Source: an uncultured Planctomycetota bacterium | GTDB taxonomy: Bacteria; Planctomycetota; Planctomycetia; Gemmatales; Gemmataceae | Assembly: GCA_963849325.1 (NCBI GenBank) | Contig: CAWKHF010000012.1 | Span: 96,001-160,000, forward strand | Direction: 5' to 3' | Length of the DNA stretch: 64,000 bases | Notes under the pieces: generated by a model | Database searches by the model: none | Told to the model about the DNA's origin: nothing | What the model saw: only the letters and a program-made list of their open reading frames with translations | Part shown: positions 46,445 through 57,800 of the stretch, one piece after another | Position numbering within the stretch: position 1 is the first letter of the stretch | How the letters are laid out: the number at the start of each line of letters is the position of its first letter | Translations under genes and position numbers: made by a program

Positions 46445-47224
46445 ATGAGTCTGTCACAAATCGAGAGGCGTCGCCTGGACGAGGACGGCTATCTCGTGCT
46501 GGAAGACTTCATGGGCGCCGGCCTGCTGGTTCGCCTCCGCCAGCGATTGGAACATTTGTTCGCTGAGGAGGGCGAGGTCGCCGGTTCGGAGTTCAAGCCG
46601 GAGCCGGGTTGCCGCCGCCTGGCGAACCTGGTGGACAAGGACGAACTGTTCCGCGAAGTCATCCTCACGCCGCGGCTACTGGAGTACATCCGTCACGTCT
46701 TGGGTCTGGACATCAAGCTCAGCAGTCTCAACGCCCGTTCGGTCAACCCGCACGGTGAACGCGGCCAACCGCTGCACGCCGACATGTCCGCCGTCGCCGA
46801 CGAGCGCGGCTACTGGGTATGCAACTCCGTGTGGATGCTCGACGACTTCACAGCGGACAACGGCGCCCTGCGCGTGGTGCCGGGATCGCACCGCCTGCGG
46901 CGACTGCCGGCGGAGTGCGTGACCGATCCGCTCGCCGACCACCCCGATCAAGTCCTGGTGACGGGCGGCGCGGGCAGCGTCGTCGTTATCAACGCCCACG
47001 CCTGGCACGCCGGGACCGCCAACCGGACGGCCCACTCGCGCACCGCCCTGCACGCCTTCTATTGCCGCCGCGATCGGCCGCAGCAGCAGTATCAGAAGCG
47101 GCTGCTACGGTCGGAAGTGCAGCAAGCCCTATCGGCCTCGCTCCGCGATCTGCTGGCGTTGGATGACCCGTTGAACGATCAACTCAGCGCCGAGGTCGCC
47201 GTTCGCAGCGGCGTCTTGAAGTGA
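46445..47224 (+). CDS. Phytanoyl-CoA dioxygenase (PhyH) family Fe/2OG oxygenase
   Basis: DEDGYLVLED, QPLHAD, DDFTADNGALRVVPGSH, WHAGTAN. Confidence 0.9.
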   Translation: MSLSQIERRRLDEDGYLVLEDFMGAGLLVRLRQRLEHLFAEEGEVAGSEFKPEPGCRRLANLVDKDELFREVILTPRLLEYIRHVLGLDIKLSSLNARSVNPHGERGQPLHADMSAVADERGYWVCNSVWMLDDFTADNGALRVVPGSHRLRRLPAECVTDPLADHPDQVLVTGGAGSVVVINAHAWHAGTANRTAHSRTALHAFYCRRDRPQQQYQKRLLRSEVQQALSASLRDLLALDDPLNDQLSAEVAVRSGVLK

Positions 47225-47434
47225 CCGCGTGGACGGGTGAAAACCGCATAAAAAAAGCCGAAAAAGTAAAATTATCTACCAGGTTGGGGTTACAAAAACG
47301 GCTGGTAGGGATATAATGATATTACTGGAGTTGAAGGAGCGGCAGCGGCCGCGTCAGAGCGATTCTCGAATGCTTGGGGCTGTGTTTCCTGTCCTGCTCC
47401 CCAATCACGGAACTAATACGAAGAGGTACTTGCC

Positions 47435-47971
47435 ATGCTAGATCAGCAAGAGCGGACCACTACCCCCACGGACGAGGTTGTGCATACCGAAACTTGGGAC
47501 GCCGCGACGCCCGGCGTCGAAACTTCGAGCGATCCGAGCCATCTTCCGGTCATGGAGGAGACGCCTCCCGCCACGGTCGAGGCGGAGGTTGCGAAGAGGC
47601 CGGACGTTCCTTTCATTGAGGGCAACGGTGTCGAAGTGGAGGGCCGGCACGCTCGGGCGGGGCGAAAGGGTGCTCATCGCGTCCACCAGCTCATCCAGGA
47701 GGGTCGGCTGTACGAGCAAGAGCACGGTCTGAAAAGCGGCCGGCAGCGGCTTCGCCAGCTCATCGAGTTGGGGAAGCTCTACGAGCAGGATCACGGCTTG
47801 CGGCCGACCCGGCCGAACACGCGCGGACAGCGTTTGTCCCGAACGGATCGCGAGGAACTCGTCTCCACCCTCCTGCACTGTCTGCTCCGCATGGTGAAGC
47901 CGTCGTTCCGGCCCGAACTGGCACGACTGGTCCAGGCGCTGGAAGAAACGACGGACGGTCACGCCGCGTAA
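47435..47971 (+). CDS. Hypothetical protein with an internal duplicated helical motif
   Basis: QLIQEGRLYEQEHGL / QLIELGKLYEQDHGL; RBS GAGG. Confidence 0.75.
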   Translation: MLDQQERTTTPTDEVVHTETWDAATPGVETSSDPSHLPVMEETPPATVEAEVAKRPDVPFIEGNGVEVEGRHARAGRKGAHRVHQLIQEGRLYEQEHGLKSGRQRLRQLIELGKLYEQDHGLRPTRPNTRGQRLSRTDREELVSTLLHCLLRMVKPSFRPELARLVQALEETTDGHAA

Positions 47972-47976
47972 GAATC

Positions 47977-48064
47977 TCTCTTTCAACGGACGAGCCGGGA
48001 GCGTCCGCGACCGGAGGAATATCCTCCGGTCGCGGACGCTCCCGGCTCGTCCGTTGAAAGAGAG
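47977..48064. repeat. REP-like perfect palindrome (GAGCCGGGAGCGTCCGCGACCGG core)
   Basis: About 40-bp perfect arms. Confidence 0.85.
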
Positions 48065-48105
48065 TTCGTATATTCAGGACATATCCGGGACGAGGAACCA
48101 TAACC

Positions 48106-49068
48106 ATGAGACGCATCCTGTCCGTGACAGCGGCCCTGGCCGGAGTGCTGGCGGGCGGGTGCGCCAACGACGACTCCTCGCCGGTCCCGCCGTCGCGGGG
48201 GGTGATCGGACTGTCGGTGCTGACCCTGACCAATCCGTTTTTCCAGGAGATCGCCGACAATCTCACGGATGAGGCGGCCCGGCACGGTTACGACACGATC
48301 GTGGTCAGCGGCGAGTTCGACCCGGCGCGACAGCAGAACCAGGTCAAGGACTTCCTCGTCCGCAAGGTTGCCGCCATCGTCCTGTGTCCGTGCGACTCCA
48401 AGGCCATCGGTTCGGCGATCCAGCAGGCCAACGCCGAGGGTGTCCCGGTGTTCACCTGTGACATCGCCTGCCTGGCGCCGGGGGCGGAGGTGGTCAGCCA
48501 CGTCGCCAGCGACAACTACGCCGGCGGTCGGCAGGCGGGGCAAGCCCTCCTCGAAGCCCTCGGCGACTCCGGCGGCAAGGTGGCCATCCTCGGTCACAAG
48601 CCGGTCGAGTCATGTCAGATGCGCGTCCGCGGCTTTCAGGACGTGATCGCGTCCCACAACCGCACGGGAGCGGGCGGCAAGGTCGTCGTCGTCGCCGAGT
48701 TGCCCGGCGGCGGCGTCAAGGACCAGGGTTACAAGTCGGCCGAGGATTTGCTTCAAACCTACGCCGACCTGGCCGGCATCTTCGCCATCAACGATCCGTC
48801 GGCGCTGGGCGCCCGCGCCGCCCTGGAGAAGGCCGACCGCGACGACCAGGTCAAGCTGATCGGCTTCGACGGCCAGCCGGAGGGCCGGCAAGCCATCAAG
48901 GACGGCCGCATCTACGCCGACCCCGTGCAGTACCCCGACCGCATCGGCCGCGAGACGGCCCGCGTCATCGCTCGCTATTTCGAGGGCGAGCCGGTGCCGC
49001 TGGAGGTGCTCATCCCGACCGGACTGTACCGCAAGGCCGACGCCGACACGGACGCGAGCTTGAAGTAA
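48106..49068 (+). CDS. Sugar ABC substrate-binding lipoprotein (RbsB-like)
   Basis: LAGGC lipobox, LTNPFF, SDNYAGG, FAINDPSALGA, IGFDG. Confidence 0.9.
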   Translation: MRRILSVTAALAGVLAGGCANDDSSPVPPSRGVIGLSVLTLTNPFFQEIADNLTDEAARHGYDTIVVSGEFDPARQQNQVKDFLVRKVAAIVLCPCDSKAIGSAIQQANAEGVPVFTCDIACLAPGAEVVSHVASDNYAGGRQAGQALLEALGDSGGKVAILGHKPVESCQMRVRGFQDVIASHNRTGAGGKVVVVAELPGGGVKDQGYKSAEDLLQTYADLAGIFAINDPSALGARAALEKADRDDQVKLIGFDGQPEGRQAIKDGRIYADPVQYPDRIGRETARVIARYFEGEPVPLEVLIPTGLYRKADADTDASLK

Positions 49069-49075
49069 GAGCATT

Positions 49076-49140
49076 GTTTAGCCGCGACGCGCAGCGGAGC
49101 GCGGGGCAGCCCCGCGCTCCGCTGCGCGTCGCGGCTAAAC
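49076..49140. repeat. REP-like palindrome family A (after the binding-protein gene)
   Basis: Perfect arms. Confidence 0.9.
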
Positions 49141-49165
49141 GAGGAGACAAGGGATCGACAACTCC

Positions 49166-50656
49166 ATGACGACCGCCGAGTCCTTTCTCCTGTCGATGCG
49201 CGGGATCGTGAAATCGTTCCCTGGCGTCCGCGCCTTGCGCGGCGTGGACCTCGACTTGCGCCGGGGAGGTGCTGGCGCTCCTGGGCGAGAACGGCGCCGG
49301 CAAAAGCACGCTCATCAAGGTGCTGGCCGGAGCGCATCAGCCGGACGCGGGGAGCATTCTCCTCGACGGCCGACAGACGCGCCTTGCGGGGCCGTTCGAC
49401 GCCCGACGGCTGGGAGTGGCGGTCATCTATCAGGAGTTCAATCTGGTGCCGTCGCTGACGGCGGTGGAGAACATCTTTCTCGGTCAGGAGCCGGCCCGCG
49501 CCGGCTTCGTCCGTCGCGGCGAGGAGCGTCGTCGCGCCGCCGAGCTGTTTGCCCGCATCGGCGTGGCGGTCGATCCCGACGCTCCCTGCCGCGAGCTGAC
49601 GGTGGCCCAGCAGCAGATCGTCGAAATCGCGCGGGCGCTGGCGCTGGAGGCTCGTATCGTCGTCATGGACGAACCCAGCGCCACGCTGACGCCGCGCGAG
49701 GTCGAACGCCTGTTCGGCGTTATCCGCGACCTGCGCGCCCGCGGCATCGGCATCGTCTACATCAGCCACCGACTCGATGAGGTCTTCGCCATCGCCGACC
49801 GCGTCCTGGTGCTGCGCGACGGGGCGGCGGTGGACTGCCGGCCCATCGGGGAGGTCACGCGCGATGAGCTGATCCGTCTCATGGTTGGCCGGCGACTGGA
49901 GGAGGAGTTTCCCCGCGCCAGGTCGCCATTGGTCCGCCGCGCCTGGTGGTGCGTGGCCTGGGCCGGGGGAGGCGGGTGCGCCACGTCTCCTTCGAGATCC
50001 GGCGCGGCGAGGTGCTGGGTCTGACGGGGCTGGTCGGCGCCGGCCGCACGGAGATGGCCCGGCTCCTCTTCGGCGCCGACCGGGCCGAGTCGGGCACCGT
50101 CGAGCTGGACGGCCGAGTGCTCGCCATCCGTTCGCCGCGCGACGCCATCCGCGCCGGCATCGCGCTGTTGACCGAGGACCGCAAGGGGCAGGGATTGATG
50201 CTGGGCCAGTCGGTGCGCGAGAACTTCGCCCTGCCGAACCTGGGCCGGTTGTCGTCGCTGGGCTTCGTCAACGCGCGGGCGGAGCGGCGGGCACTGGCTC
50301 GTCACATCGAAGGTCTGCGCATCCGCCTGTCTGGTCCGGAGCAAGCGGCCGGCACCCTGTCGGGCGGCAATCAGCAGAAGGTGGTCTTGGCCAAGTGGCT
50401 GGAGCGCGACTGCGACGTGATCCTGTTCGATGAGCCGACGCGGGGCATCGATGTGGGGGCCAAGGTCGAGATCTACCGCCTCATCAACGACCTGGCCGCG
50501 GCCGGCAAGGCCATCCTTCTGATTAGCTCGGAGCTGCCGGAGATACTGGGCATGAGCGACCGCATTCTGGTGATGCACGAAGGCCGGTTGACCGGCGAAA
50601 TCACGGACGTTGCCGCCGCGACCCAGGAGCAGATTCTTCGCTTGGCGGTGGGGTGA
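49166..50656 (+). CDS. Sugar ABC ATP-binding protein (RbsA-like), frameshifted
   Basis: GENGAGKST, MDEPSATL, EDRKGQGL, LSGGNQQK, DEPTRGIDVGAK. Confidence 0.92.
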
Positions 50657-50660
50657 GGAC

Positions 50661-52019
50661 ATGACCGAACGTCGCTTGCCGCCGATGCTGTCGCGCTTCC
50701 TGTCCGACTACGGCATGTCCCTGGTGCTGCTGCTCTTGTGCATCTACTACAGTGCCGTCACCTTCTCCTTGCAGGATCCGTCCGGCACCGCTGGCGGCGA
50801 ACAACTGGCGCGGACGATACACGACCGACTCGGCTCGTCCGGCCGTGTCCTCCTCGTGACACGCGGCACGCGCGAGGACGCCGCCTTCGCCGAGGCCACC
50901 CATCGGCGGCTGGAGGCGGCGGGCGTGCGCGTCGTAGACGACGTGCGCGGCCGGCCATCCGACGCCCGCGCGGCGCTGGAACGCCTCGCCGAGTCCGGCG
51001 AGAAGCTCGACGCCATCGCCGCCAACCAGGCCACGAGTTCCTGGGCCATCCTCCAGCACGTCGGGGCGAGATTTCCGCAGCTGGGCGACGTGCCGGTGCT
51101 GACCCCGCCGCGCTACTGGTGGCCCAACTTTCTCAAGGCCGACAACCTCCGCAACATCGCCGACCAGATCGTCATCATCGCCATCCTCGCCGTGGGCATG
51201 ACCTTCGTCGTCCTCACCGGCGGCATTGACCTGTCGGTCGGCAGCCTCATCGCCCTGTCGGCGGTGACGGCCACCTTGCTCATCCGCGATGCGGCCGGGG
51301 CAGAGGCGGCGACAGTTGGCGGCATGGTCCTGTGCTGCCTGGCCGCGGTCGCCCTGTGTGGACTGGTTGGCCTGTTTTCCGGGTCGATGGTGACGTTCTT
51401 CCAGGTGCCGTCGTTCATCGTCACCTTGGCGATAATGCTGGTCGCGCGCGGCCTGGCCTCGGAGGCATCGCAAGGGCAGTCGGTCTACCAGGTGCCGGCC
51501 GCGTTCGTGTGGCTGGGCGGCGGCGCCGACGTGCTGGGCATTCCCAACGGCGTATTACTGATGATCGTGCTGTACCTGGCCGCGCACGTGGTCATGACGC
51601 GCATGACGCTGGGACGTTACGTCTACGCCATCGGCGGCAACGCCGAGGCGGCCCGGCTGTCCGGCGTGCCGGTGCGGGCTGTTCTGTTGCTGGTGTACTC
51701 GCTGTGCGCCGCCCTGGCCGGACTCGGCGGCATCGTCATGGCCTCGCGTCTCAAGAGCGGCTCGCCGATCTACGGCCAGATGTATGAGCTGTACGCCATC
51801 GCCGCCGTGGTCGTCGGCGGCACCAGCCTGTCCGGTGGCGAGGGCAAGGTCTTCGGCACGCTCATCGGCGCCTTCATCATCGCCGTCATCAAGAATGGCA
51901 TGAACCTCACCGGCGTCACGCCGTTTCGGCAAGACGTGGTCTTCGGCCTGGTCATCCTCGGTGCCGTGCTGCTGGACCGCCTCAAAGGGGCCGGCGCTCG
52001 ACCGGGGTATCGCGGTTAG
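50661..52019 (+). CDS. Sugar ABC permease (RbsC-like) with a ~110-aa extracytoplasmic insertion
   Basis: GMTFVVLTGGIDLSVGS, YAIGGNAEAARLSG, YELYAIAAVVVGGTSLSGG. Confidence 0.9.
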   Translation: MTERRLPPMLSRFLSDYGMSLVLLLLCIYYSAVTFSLQDPSGTAGGEQLARTIHDRLGSSGRVLLVTRGTREDAAFAEATHRRLEAAGVRVVDDVRGRPSDARAALERLAESGEKLDAIAANQATSSWAILQHVGARFPQLGDVPVLTPPRYWWPNFLKADNLRNIADQIVIIAILAVGMTFVVLTGGIDLSVGSLIALSAVTATLLIRDAAGAEAATVGGMVLCCLAAVALCGLVGLFSGSMVTFFQVPSFIVTLAIMLVARGLASEASQGQSVYQVPAAFVWLGGGADVLGIPNGVLLMIVLYLAAHVVMTRMTLGRYVYAIGGNAEAARLSGVPVRAVLLLVYSLCAALAGLGGIVMASRLKSGSPIYGQMYELYAIAAVVVGGTSLSGGEGKVFGTLIGAFIIAVIKNGMNLTGVTPFRQDVVFGLVILGAVLLDRLKGAGARPGYRG

Positions 52020-52036
52020 CGGCGACGCGCGCTCCG

Positions 52037-53073
52037 CTAGGATCGGCTCTGATACAGCGCCGCCAGGGCCGCGCCGATCGCCTGGGACAGATCCCCCAGG
52101 GCCGCGGGGACGATGTTCATGCGGGCGCGCTGAGCGGGCCACAACAAGGGAGCGGCGGCCTCGCGGACAATTCGCAGGTAGCGTTCGCGGAACGCCTCGG
52201 TCGTGGCCTCGGGGTCCATCAGTCCGCCGCCGATGACGACGAATTCCGGATCGAGGGCCATGGCCAGGTTGGCGACGTGCAATCCCAGCGCCGCGCCTGG
52301 AAGTCAAAAATCTCGCCGGCCAAGACGTCCCCTCGCTGGGCCAGGCCGCGCACGGCCAGCGCCCGCTCCTTGGTGTCCAGCGGCGAGTGCGCCAGCTCGT
52401 GATCGGGATGCTGGGCGAGCCTTTCCTCCAGGAGATGCGGGAGACCGGAGAGGGTGGTGTACACCTCGATGCAGCCCCAGGTACGTCCACAGCCGCATGG
52501 ATACGGCCGCGCCCCTAGCTCGTGCAGCGGTGCCGGCATGTGCCCCGCTTCCATGCCGGCCAGCGTATCGCCCTGTAACGGCAGTCCATCGCGGCCGATG
52601 TAGGCGCAGCCCAGTCCGGAGCCGGGTGCCAGCAGCACGACCGTACCCGTGCCGGTGCCGCGCACTCGCCGCGCCTCGGCCACGCCGCCGAGGTCGCCGT
52701 CGTTGCCGACCATGAGCGGCACGGATCGACCCGCTCGCTCGGCCAGGGCGCTGCTATAGGCGCGATGCACATCGAAGCCGGTGAAGTTCGGCGGCAGATT
52801 GGCCGAGCGGTCGAGCACTCCGTAACGCTGGAACGGCCCGGGGATGGCCAGGCCCACGCCATGCACCTGGTCCCACGTCAATCCGTTTTGCGCCAGAAAT
52901 TCGTTGACGGACTCGACCCAGCCATGAACGACGGACTCCGGTCCCTGACGAGCGTTGGTCGGCCTCTGCAAGAGACGGGTCGAGACGGCCGTGCCGTCGT
53001 CCCAGACCGCCCCCACCTTAGAAGTGGTGGCCCCGCCGTCGGTGCCCACGTAGACCGGCCGCCCCTGGCTCAT
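52037..53073 (-). CDS. ROK family sugar kinase, frameshift near 52290
   Basis: GTDGGATT, GNDGD, APGSGLG, EAGHM, CGCGRTWGCIE. Confidence 0.88.
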
Positions 53074-53113
53074 CGTTTCACCCGCCTTTCTCCTCCATAA
53101 CTCTATACAAAAA

Positions 53114-53224
53114 CAGCCTCACGCAAAGGCGCAAAGAACGCAAAGGACAAGAGACAGAGGGGAAAAATCGACCTTCCCCTCTCTCTCTTGTCCTTTGCGT
53201 TCTTCGCGTCTTTGCGTGAGGCTG
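53114..53224. repeat. 9-mer-unit inverted repeat (CACGCAAAGGCGCAAAGAACGCAAAG)
   Basis: Arms about 53114-53153 and 53185-53224; lone left arm at 46386-46418. Confidence 0.85.
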
Positions 53225-53225
53225 C

Positions 53226-53588
53226 TTACTCCTCGATGGCGGGCACGGAGGGCAAACCCGGCAGAGCGGTCGCCTCTTCGGTCTTGCGATAGCCCAGCGA
53301 ACGGAGCACTTCGAGCACTTCGCTCCAGGTGGGGAAGGGTCGGCGGTTGGAGCGTTTGTACTGGTCCATCGCCTTCATGAAGATGATTTCCTCGTCGCTG
53401 TAGTCCTTTTCGCAGGTGGTGGGATCCACCTGGCGCCGGCGTTCGCCCTGGTTGCGGCGGTCCTTGCCGCCGCGGCGCTCGATGGCGACCGGGATGGCGC
53501 GCTTGCGGCGGTCGTTGTGCTGACGGCGATCGCCGCCCCGCCGGTCGGTGACCACGAACTCTGAAGAAGGCGTGCTGTCGCTGCTCAT
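53226..53588 (-). CDS. Small protein with tandem (D/E)RR motifs and a helical C-domain
   Basis: DRRGGDRRQHNDRRK...ERRGGKDRRNQGERRR, then DYSDEEIIFMKAMDQYK...PFPTWSEVLEV. Confidence 0.8.
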   Translation of the reverse strand: MSSDSTPSSEFVVTDRRGGDRRQHNDRRKRAIPVAIERRGGKDRRNQGERRRQVDPTTCEKDYSDEEIIFMKAMDQYKRSNRRPFPTWSEVLEVLRSLGYRKTEEATALPGLPSVPAIEE

Positions 53589-53735
53589 GGTTGAACCTCG
53601 TCGCCTCGCCGGGCAGAATATGGGGAATATGAGGCCTCTTTTTCGAGTATAGCTCAAAGACCGACCGGGCAAACTTTACCGGAAGGGAAAAGCGGCGCGC
53701 GGTCTGTCGATCCGCCCGGAGAAACGCTAATGCTG

Positions 53736-54659
53736 CTACGACCGTCCCGGTTTCGTCTCCTCCGAACCGATCCGCGCCGGGTTGTCCTCAAGTTTTTGCC
53801 GGCGTTCCTTCAGATAGGCGTCCAACGCCTCGCACCACGGCCGCAGCGACGGCAAGCCCAGCTCCCGCAGTCCGGCGGGATCGAGCACGCTGTAAGCCGG
53901 CCGGCGGGCCGCCGCTCCGTAGGCACTGCTGGAGATGGAGGTCAGGTCTGCCTGTACTCCGGTCAGCTCGAAAAGGGCACGGGCGAACTCATACCAGGAG
54001 CAGGCGCCGGCGTTGGTGACGTGATACAGTCCTGTCCGATCGGCCGACAACAAGGCGACGGCCGTCGCGGCCACATCGACAGTGTAGCTCGGTGTGCAAA
54101 CCTGATCGTCCACGACGCGAAGGGGTTTGCCCTCGTTGGCCAGCCGCAGCATCGTCTCCACGAAGTTGCCGCCCTTGCCGCCGCTGCCCCAGACGCCGTA
54201 CAGTCCGCACGTGCGCAGGACCAAATGGCGCGGGCACAGCGAACGCACCAGGTATTCGCCGGTCAACTTGCTGAGTCCGTAGATGCTGACCGGGCCGGGA
54301 GCGTCCCTCTCCGTCCACGGCCGGCGGCGCGTTTGGTCCAGGCCGAAAACGTAATCCGTGCTGAAGTGGACGAGCAGGCAGTCGTGGTCGCGGCACAACC
54401 GCGCCAGCTCACGCACGCCCCAGGCGTTGACGGCGAAGGCTTCGTGCGCTTCCGTCTCGGCGCGATCGACGAAGTTGTAGGCGGCGCAGTTGACAACCAC
54501 ATCCGGGCGGACATTCTCGAACAGACTGGGCAGCGATTCGGGGCGAGTCAGATCGACCGCCGGCGATCCACTGCGGCTGACGGCGACGACTTCGCCGGGC
54601 AGACGCGGACAGAGATCGCGGCCCAGCTGCCCGGCCGCCCCCAGCACGACGAAACGCAT
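53736..54659 (-). CDS. rfbD: dTDP-4-dehydrorhamnose reductase
   Basis: GAAGQLG, NCAAYNFVD, HFSTDYVF, YGLSK, DDQVCTPSY. Confidence 0.92.
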   Translation of the reverse strand: MRFVVLGAAGQLGRDLCPRLPGEVVAVSRSGSPAVDLTRPESLPSLFENVRPDVVVNCAAYNFVDRAETEAHEAFAVNAWGVRELARLCRDHDCLLVHFSTDYVFGLDQTRRRPWTERDAPGPVSIYGLSKLTGEYLVRSLCPRHLVLRTCGLYGVWGSGGKGGNFVETMLRLANEGKPLRVVDDQVCTPSYTVDVAATAVALLSADRTGLYHVTNAGACSWYEFARALFELTGVQADLTSISSSAYGAAARRPAYSVLDPAGLRELGLPSLRPWCEALDAYLKERRQKLEDNPARIGSEETKPGRS

Positions 54660-54674
54660 GAATCTCCCCTCGAA

Positions 54675-54820
54675 AAAAAAGAAAAAACCACGAATCACAC
54701 GAATCACACGAATAAAGACAAAAGAATAAAGACAGCGTGTCGAAACAGGTTGTTTATTTGTTTTTATTATTATTTGATTTTATTCGTGTGATTCGTGTGA
54801 TTCGTGGTTTTTTCTTTTTT
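54675..54820. repeat. 9-mer-unit inverted repeat (AACCACGAATCACACGAATCACACGAAT)
   Basis: Arms about 54675-54715 and 54779-54820 around an AT-rich spacer. Confidence 0.88.
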
Positions 54821-57800
54821 AGCGAGCAGGGCCGTTTAACGTCTTGAGGTACGCATACAGGTCGGCGAGGTCGCGGTCGCTCAGTTTATCGAGCAGGCCC
54901 GCCGGCATCAGCGACGTGCTGGTCAGGCGGCGCTCGCGGACCTGCGGATTGGTCAACCGAATCGTCGTGGCCGGGCCGGTTTGCAAGATGACGCTATCGA
55001 CGGCCTCATAGACGATCAGCCCCTGATAGACCTTGCCCGCCGCCGTCGTGATTTGCGTGGTGCGGTAGCGCGGCGACACGTCCTTGCTCGGCTGCACGAT
55101 GGCGGTGAACAGATCGGCGCGCGAGAATCGTCCGGCCACGCCGCGCAGGTCCGGCCCCAGCGCCTGCGCCCCCGAATGGCACGAAGCGCAGCTCGCCTTG
55201 CTGAAAACGACACGGCCGCGCTCGGCATCGCCGGATGACGAAGTCGAGCGCGGACAGCCGCTTGCTCCAGGCCGCCACGTCCACGCCGTCCGCGTCCTCC
55301 AGCCGTCCCGCGCGCTCCGGATAGGCCCGGCCATACCACGCCAGCCCGGCCGACACGTCCGTCATCTTCCGGCCGGTACGCCGCGTGAGATACGTCAGGA
55401 GACGATCGCGCACCTTGGCCGTCTCTTTTCCGTCCGGCAGCCGTCGCAGCGCCACCAGGACGGCGAGAAACTCGTCGCGGTCGCGGGCCTGGTTCGGTGG
55501 AGGCGGCGGCAGTTTCTCCAGGGCGTCCAGGGCGCCGAGCACAACGTCGAGACGGGCCGAGCCGAGACCGCTGAGAAAGCGATCGCGGTCCTCCTCGCGC
55601 GGTTCGCGGGCCAGCAGGGTCCGAATGGCGTCGTCCACGCCATGCTCACCCCACAACCGCCGCAGCACCGGCGCGATCCGCTCCTGCGGCAGACTGCCCA
55701 GCAAGGCAACGTGTTCGGCGCTCCAGGCGAAATCGGCGTCTTTTTCGCTCTTGTTTAGCAGGATCTCGGCGGCGCGGCGGCGATCGAAGCCGGAGCAGCG
55801 CGTAAACAGGACGTGATCGGGCCGGCCGAAATCGGCGTGGGCAAGCAGCGTCGCGTTGAGGGCGGCATCCTTGCGGGCCAACTCGGCGTGCAGCTCGGCG
55901 ATGCGCAACGGCCAATTCGTGTCGCGGTTCCGATGACGTTGGTTGAGCTTGGCATCGAGGGCCAGGAGTGCGGTTGCCGTCGTCCGAGTGATCGCTTCGA
56001 GCGCGGGCGCGCAGCTGGGCGAGCACGATGAGATAATGAATGTCCTCAATCGGATCGGAGTCGGCTGTCAGCCGGCCGGCGATCTTGTTAAGCGTCGCGG
56101 CATCGTCATCCTCGATCAAGGCAAGGGTGCGCGACAATTCGCGGTCGAGATCAACGTGCCCCGACGGAAACGCGGCGCGCAGAATGGTCCGTCCCTCTGC
56201 TGACATGGCGATGTCATCGCAGCGGCGCGAGTAGCCCTCCCAGACGGTCCCCTTCGCTTTCCTCGCCATCAATCCGCCCAGCGTCAACTGGGCGACGCGC
56301 ACGGCTTCGAGCCGCGCTTCCGGCGCGAGGCTTCGGTCGGTCAGCAGGGCGAGCGCGTCGAAGCTCGGCCGGCTCAGACCGTGGGTGATTTCCGCGAAGG
56401 GATCGCCCTTCGGTCGTCCTGAGCGCGGCTGTTCCTTGGCGTCGAGCGCTGCCAGCAGCGTCGCCGTCGCCTGGCGCAGACCACAATCCGCCTGTCCCCA
56501 ATTGGCGCGAATCGCCTGCCGGATCTGTTCGCTCGTGAAGCGACTTTGATGGCGATGGATCAAGTCCAGGGCGCACCGCCGCTGGCGCAGGTCCGGGCCG
56601 GTCGCCTGCTGGAGCCACGCCCCTTGTGCGTCGGGATGCCACTCCAGCGAGCGCGGCATCGGCTGGAAGCGAGCCGCATCCGCGGCCTTGAGACCCGGCA
56701 AGCCCTTCGGATAACGGATGCGATAGACCGCTCCGCGCGTGCCGCGGCCGCCGATGGACACGTACAGGTCGCCGGTCGCTGGATGGACGGCGGCGGCCGT
56801 CGGTGCGAAGCCGTTGTCACCGACCGACTGCAGGAACACCTCGGGGCGTGCGACATACGAGGAGCCGCGCGGCTCCAGCGGCAGGAAGTACACCCGGCCG
56901 AACGTCCAGTCGCACAGGAACAGGCCATCGCGGTACTTCGGCGGAAACTGGGTGTGCCGGTAGCAGACGACGCCGGTCGGCGAGCCGCGTCCCAGCGTGG
57001 CGACGGGGGCCACCACGTCGAGAAAGTACGGCGGCATCCGCCACGTAACGGCGTGCTGCGGATTCTGCCAGCCGTAATGTCCGCCGGCGACGACGTGATA
57101 GCAGCGCGTCGGCTCGTACCACGGCAGCGATACGCAGCGCTCGTTGTCCGAGTCGAAGGTGAACAGGTCGCCGGCGCTGTTGAAGTCGAAGGCGTAGGCG
57201 TTGCGGAAGCCGTCGGCGACGATCTCGCAATCCTGGAAGTCCGGCGACAGGCGCAGCACGCAGCCGGCGATCGGTTCGCGGATGGGCGAGGTCGGTCAGC
57301 GTGGCGTGTTTCCGACCGATGCCGGCGTTGTTGCCGCACAGCACGTACAGCCAACCGTCCGGCCCGCGCCGGATGGCGTGGGCCGCGTGTTCGCCGCCGG
57401 TCTTGAAGGGATAGACCAACTCGGGCGGACGCAGGCGTCCGTCGCCGCCGGCGTCACGGTAACGGCGCAGGCCGCCATCGCCCATGCAAAAGAGCGTATC
57501 GCCCTCCCAAAACAATCCCATGGCCCCGTCCTTCGGCGCCGCGGCGAAATCCAGCGCCCGGTCGGCCCGGCCGTCGCCGTCGTCATCGACGAGCAGGCGA
57601 ACGTAGCCGCGCCCGGAGACGACGACGCGACCGTGCGGATCGAGCGTCAGGCAGTAGATGTCGTTGGCCAGCGCGCTGTCGGCGAACTCCGTGACCTCGA
57701 ACCCTTGCGGCACGCGCAAGCCGTGCGGCGGCATCTGCGCCGTCGAGGTCGAGCCAAGGCAGACGAGCACAGCGAGGGAGCAGAAAAACGTGCGGCGCAT
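54819..57800 (-). CDS. PVC-type haem-binding CxxCH protein (sorbosone dehydrogenase-like propeller, helical repeats, cytochrome c), frameshifted
   Basis: VPQGFEVTEFA, GFRNAYAFDF, GRGSPTG, CASCH, GPDL, TSLMPAGL. Confidence 0.88.
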
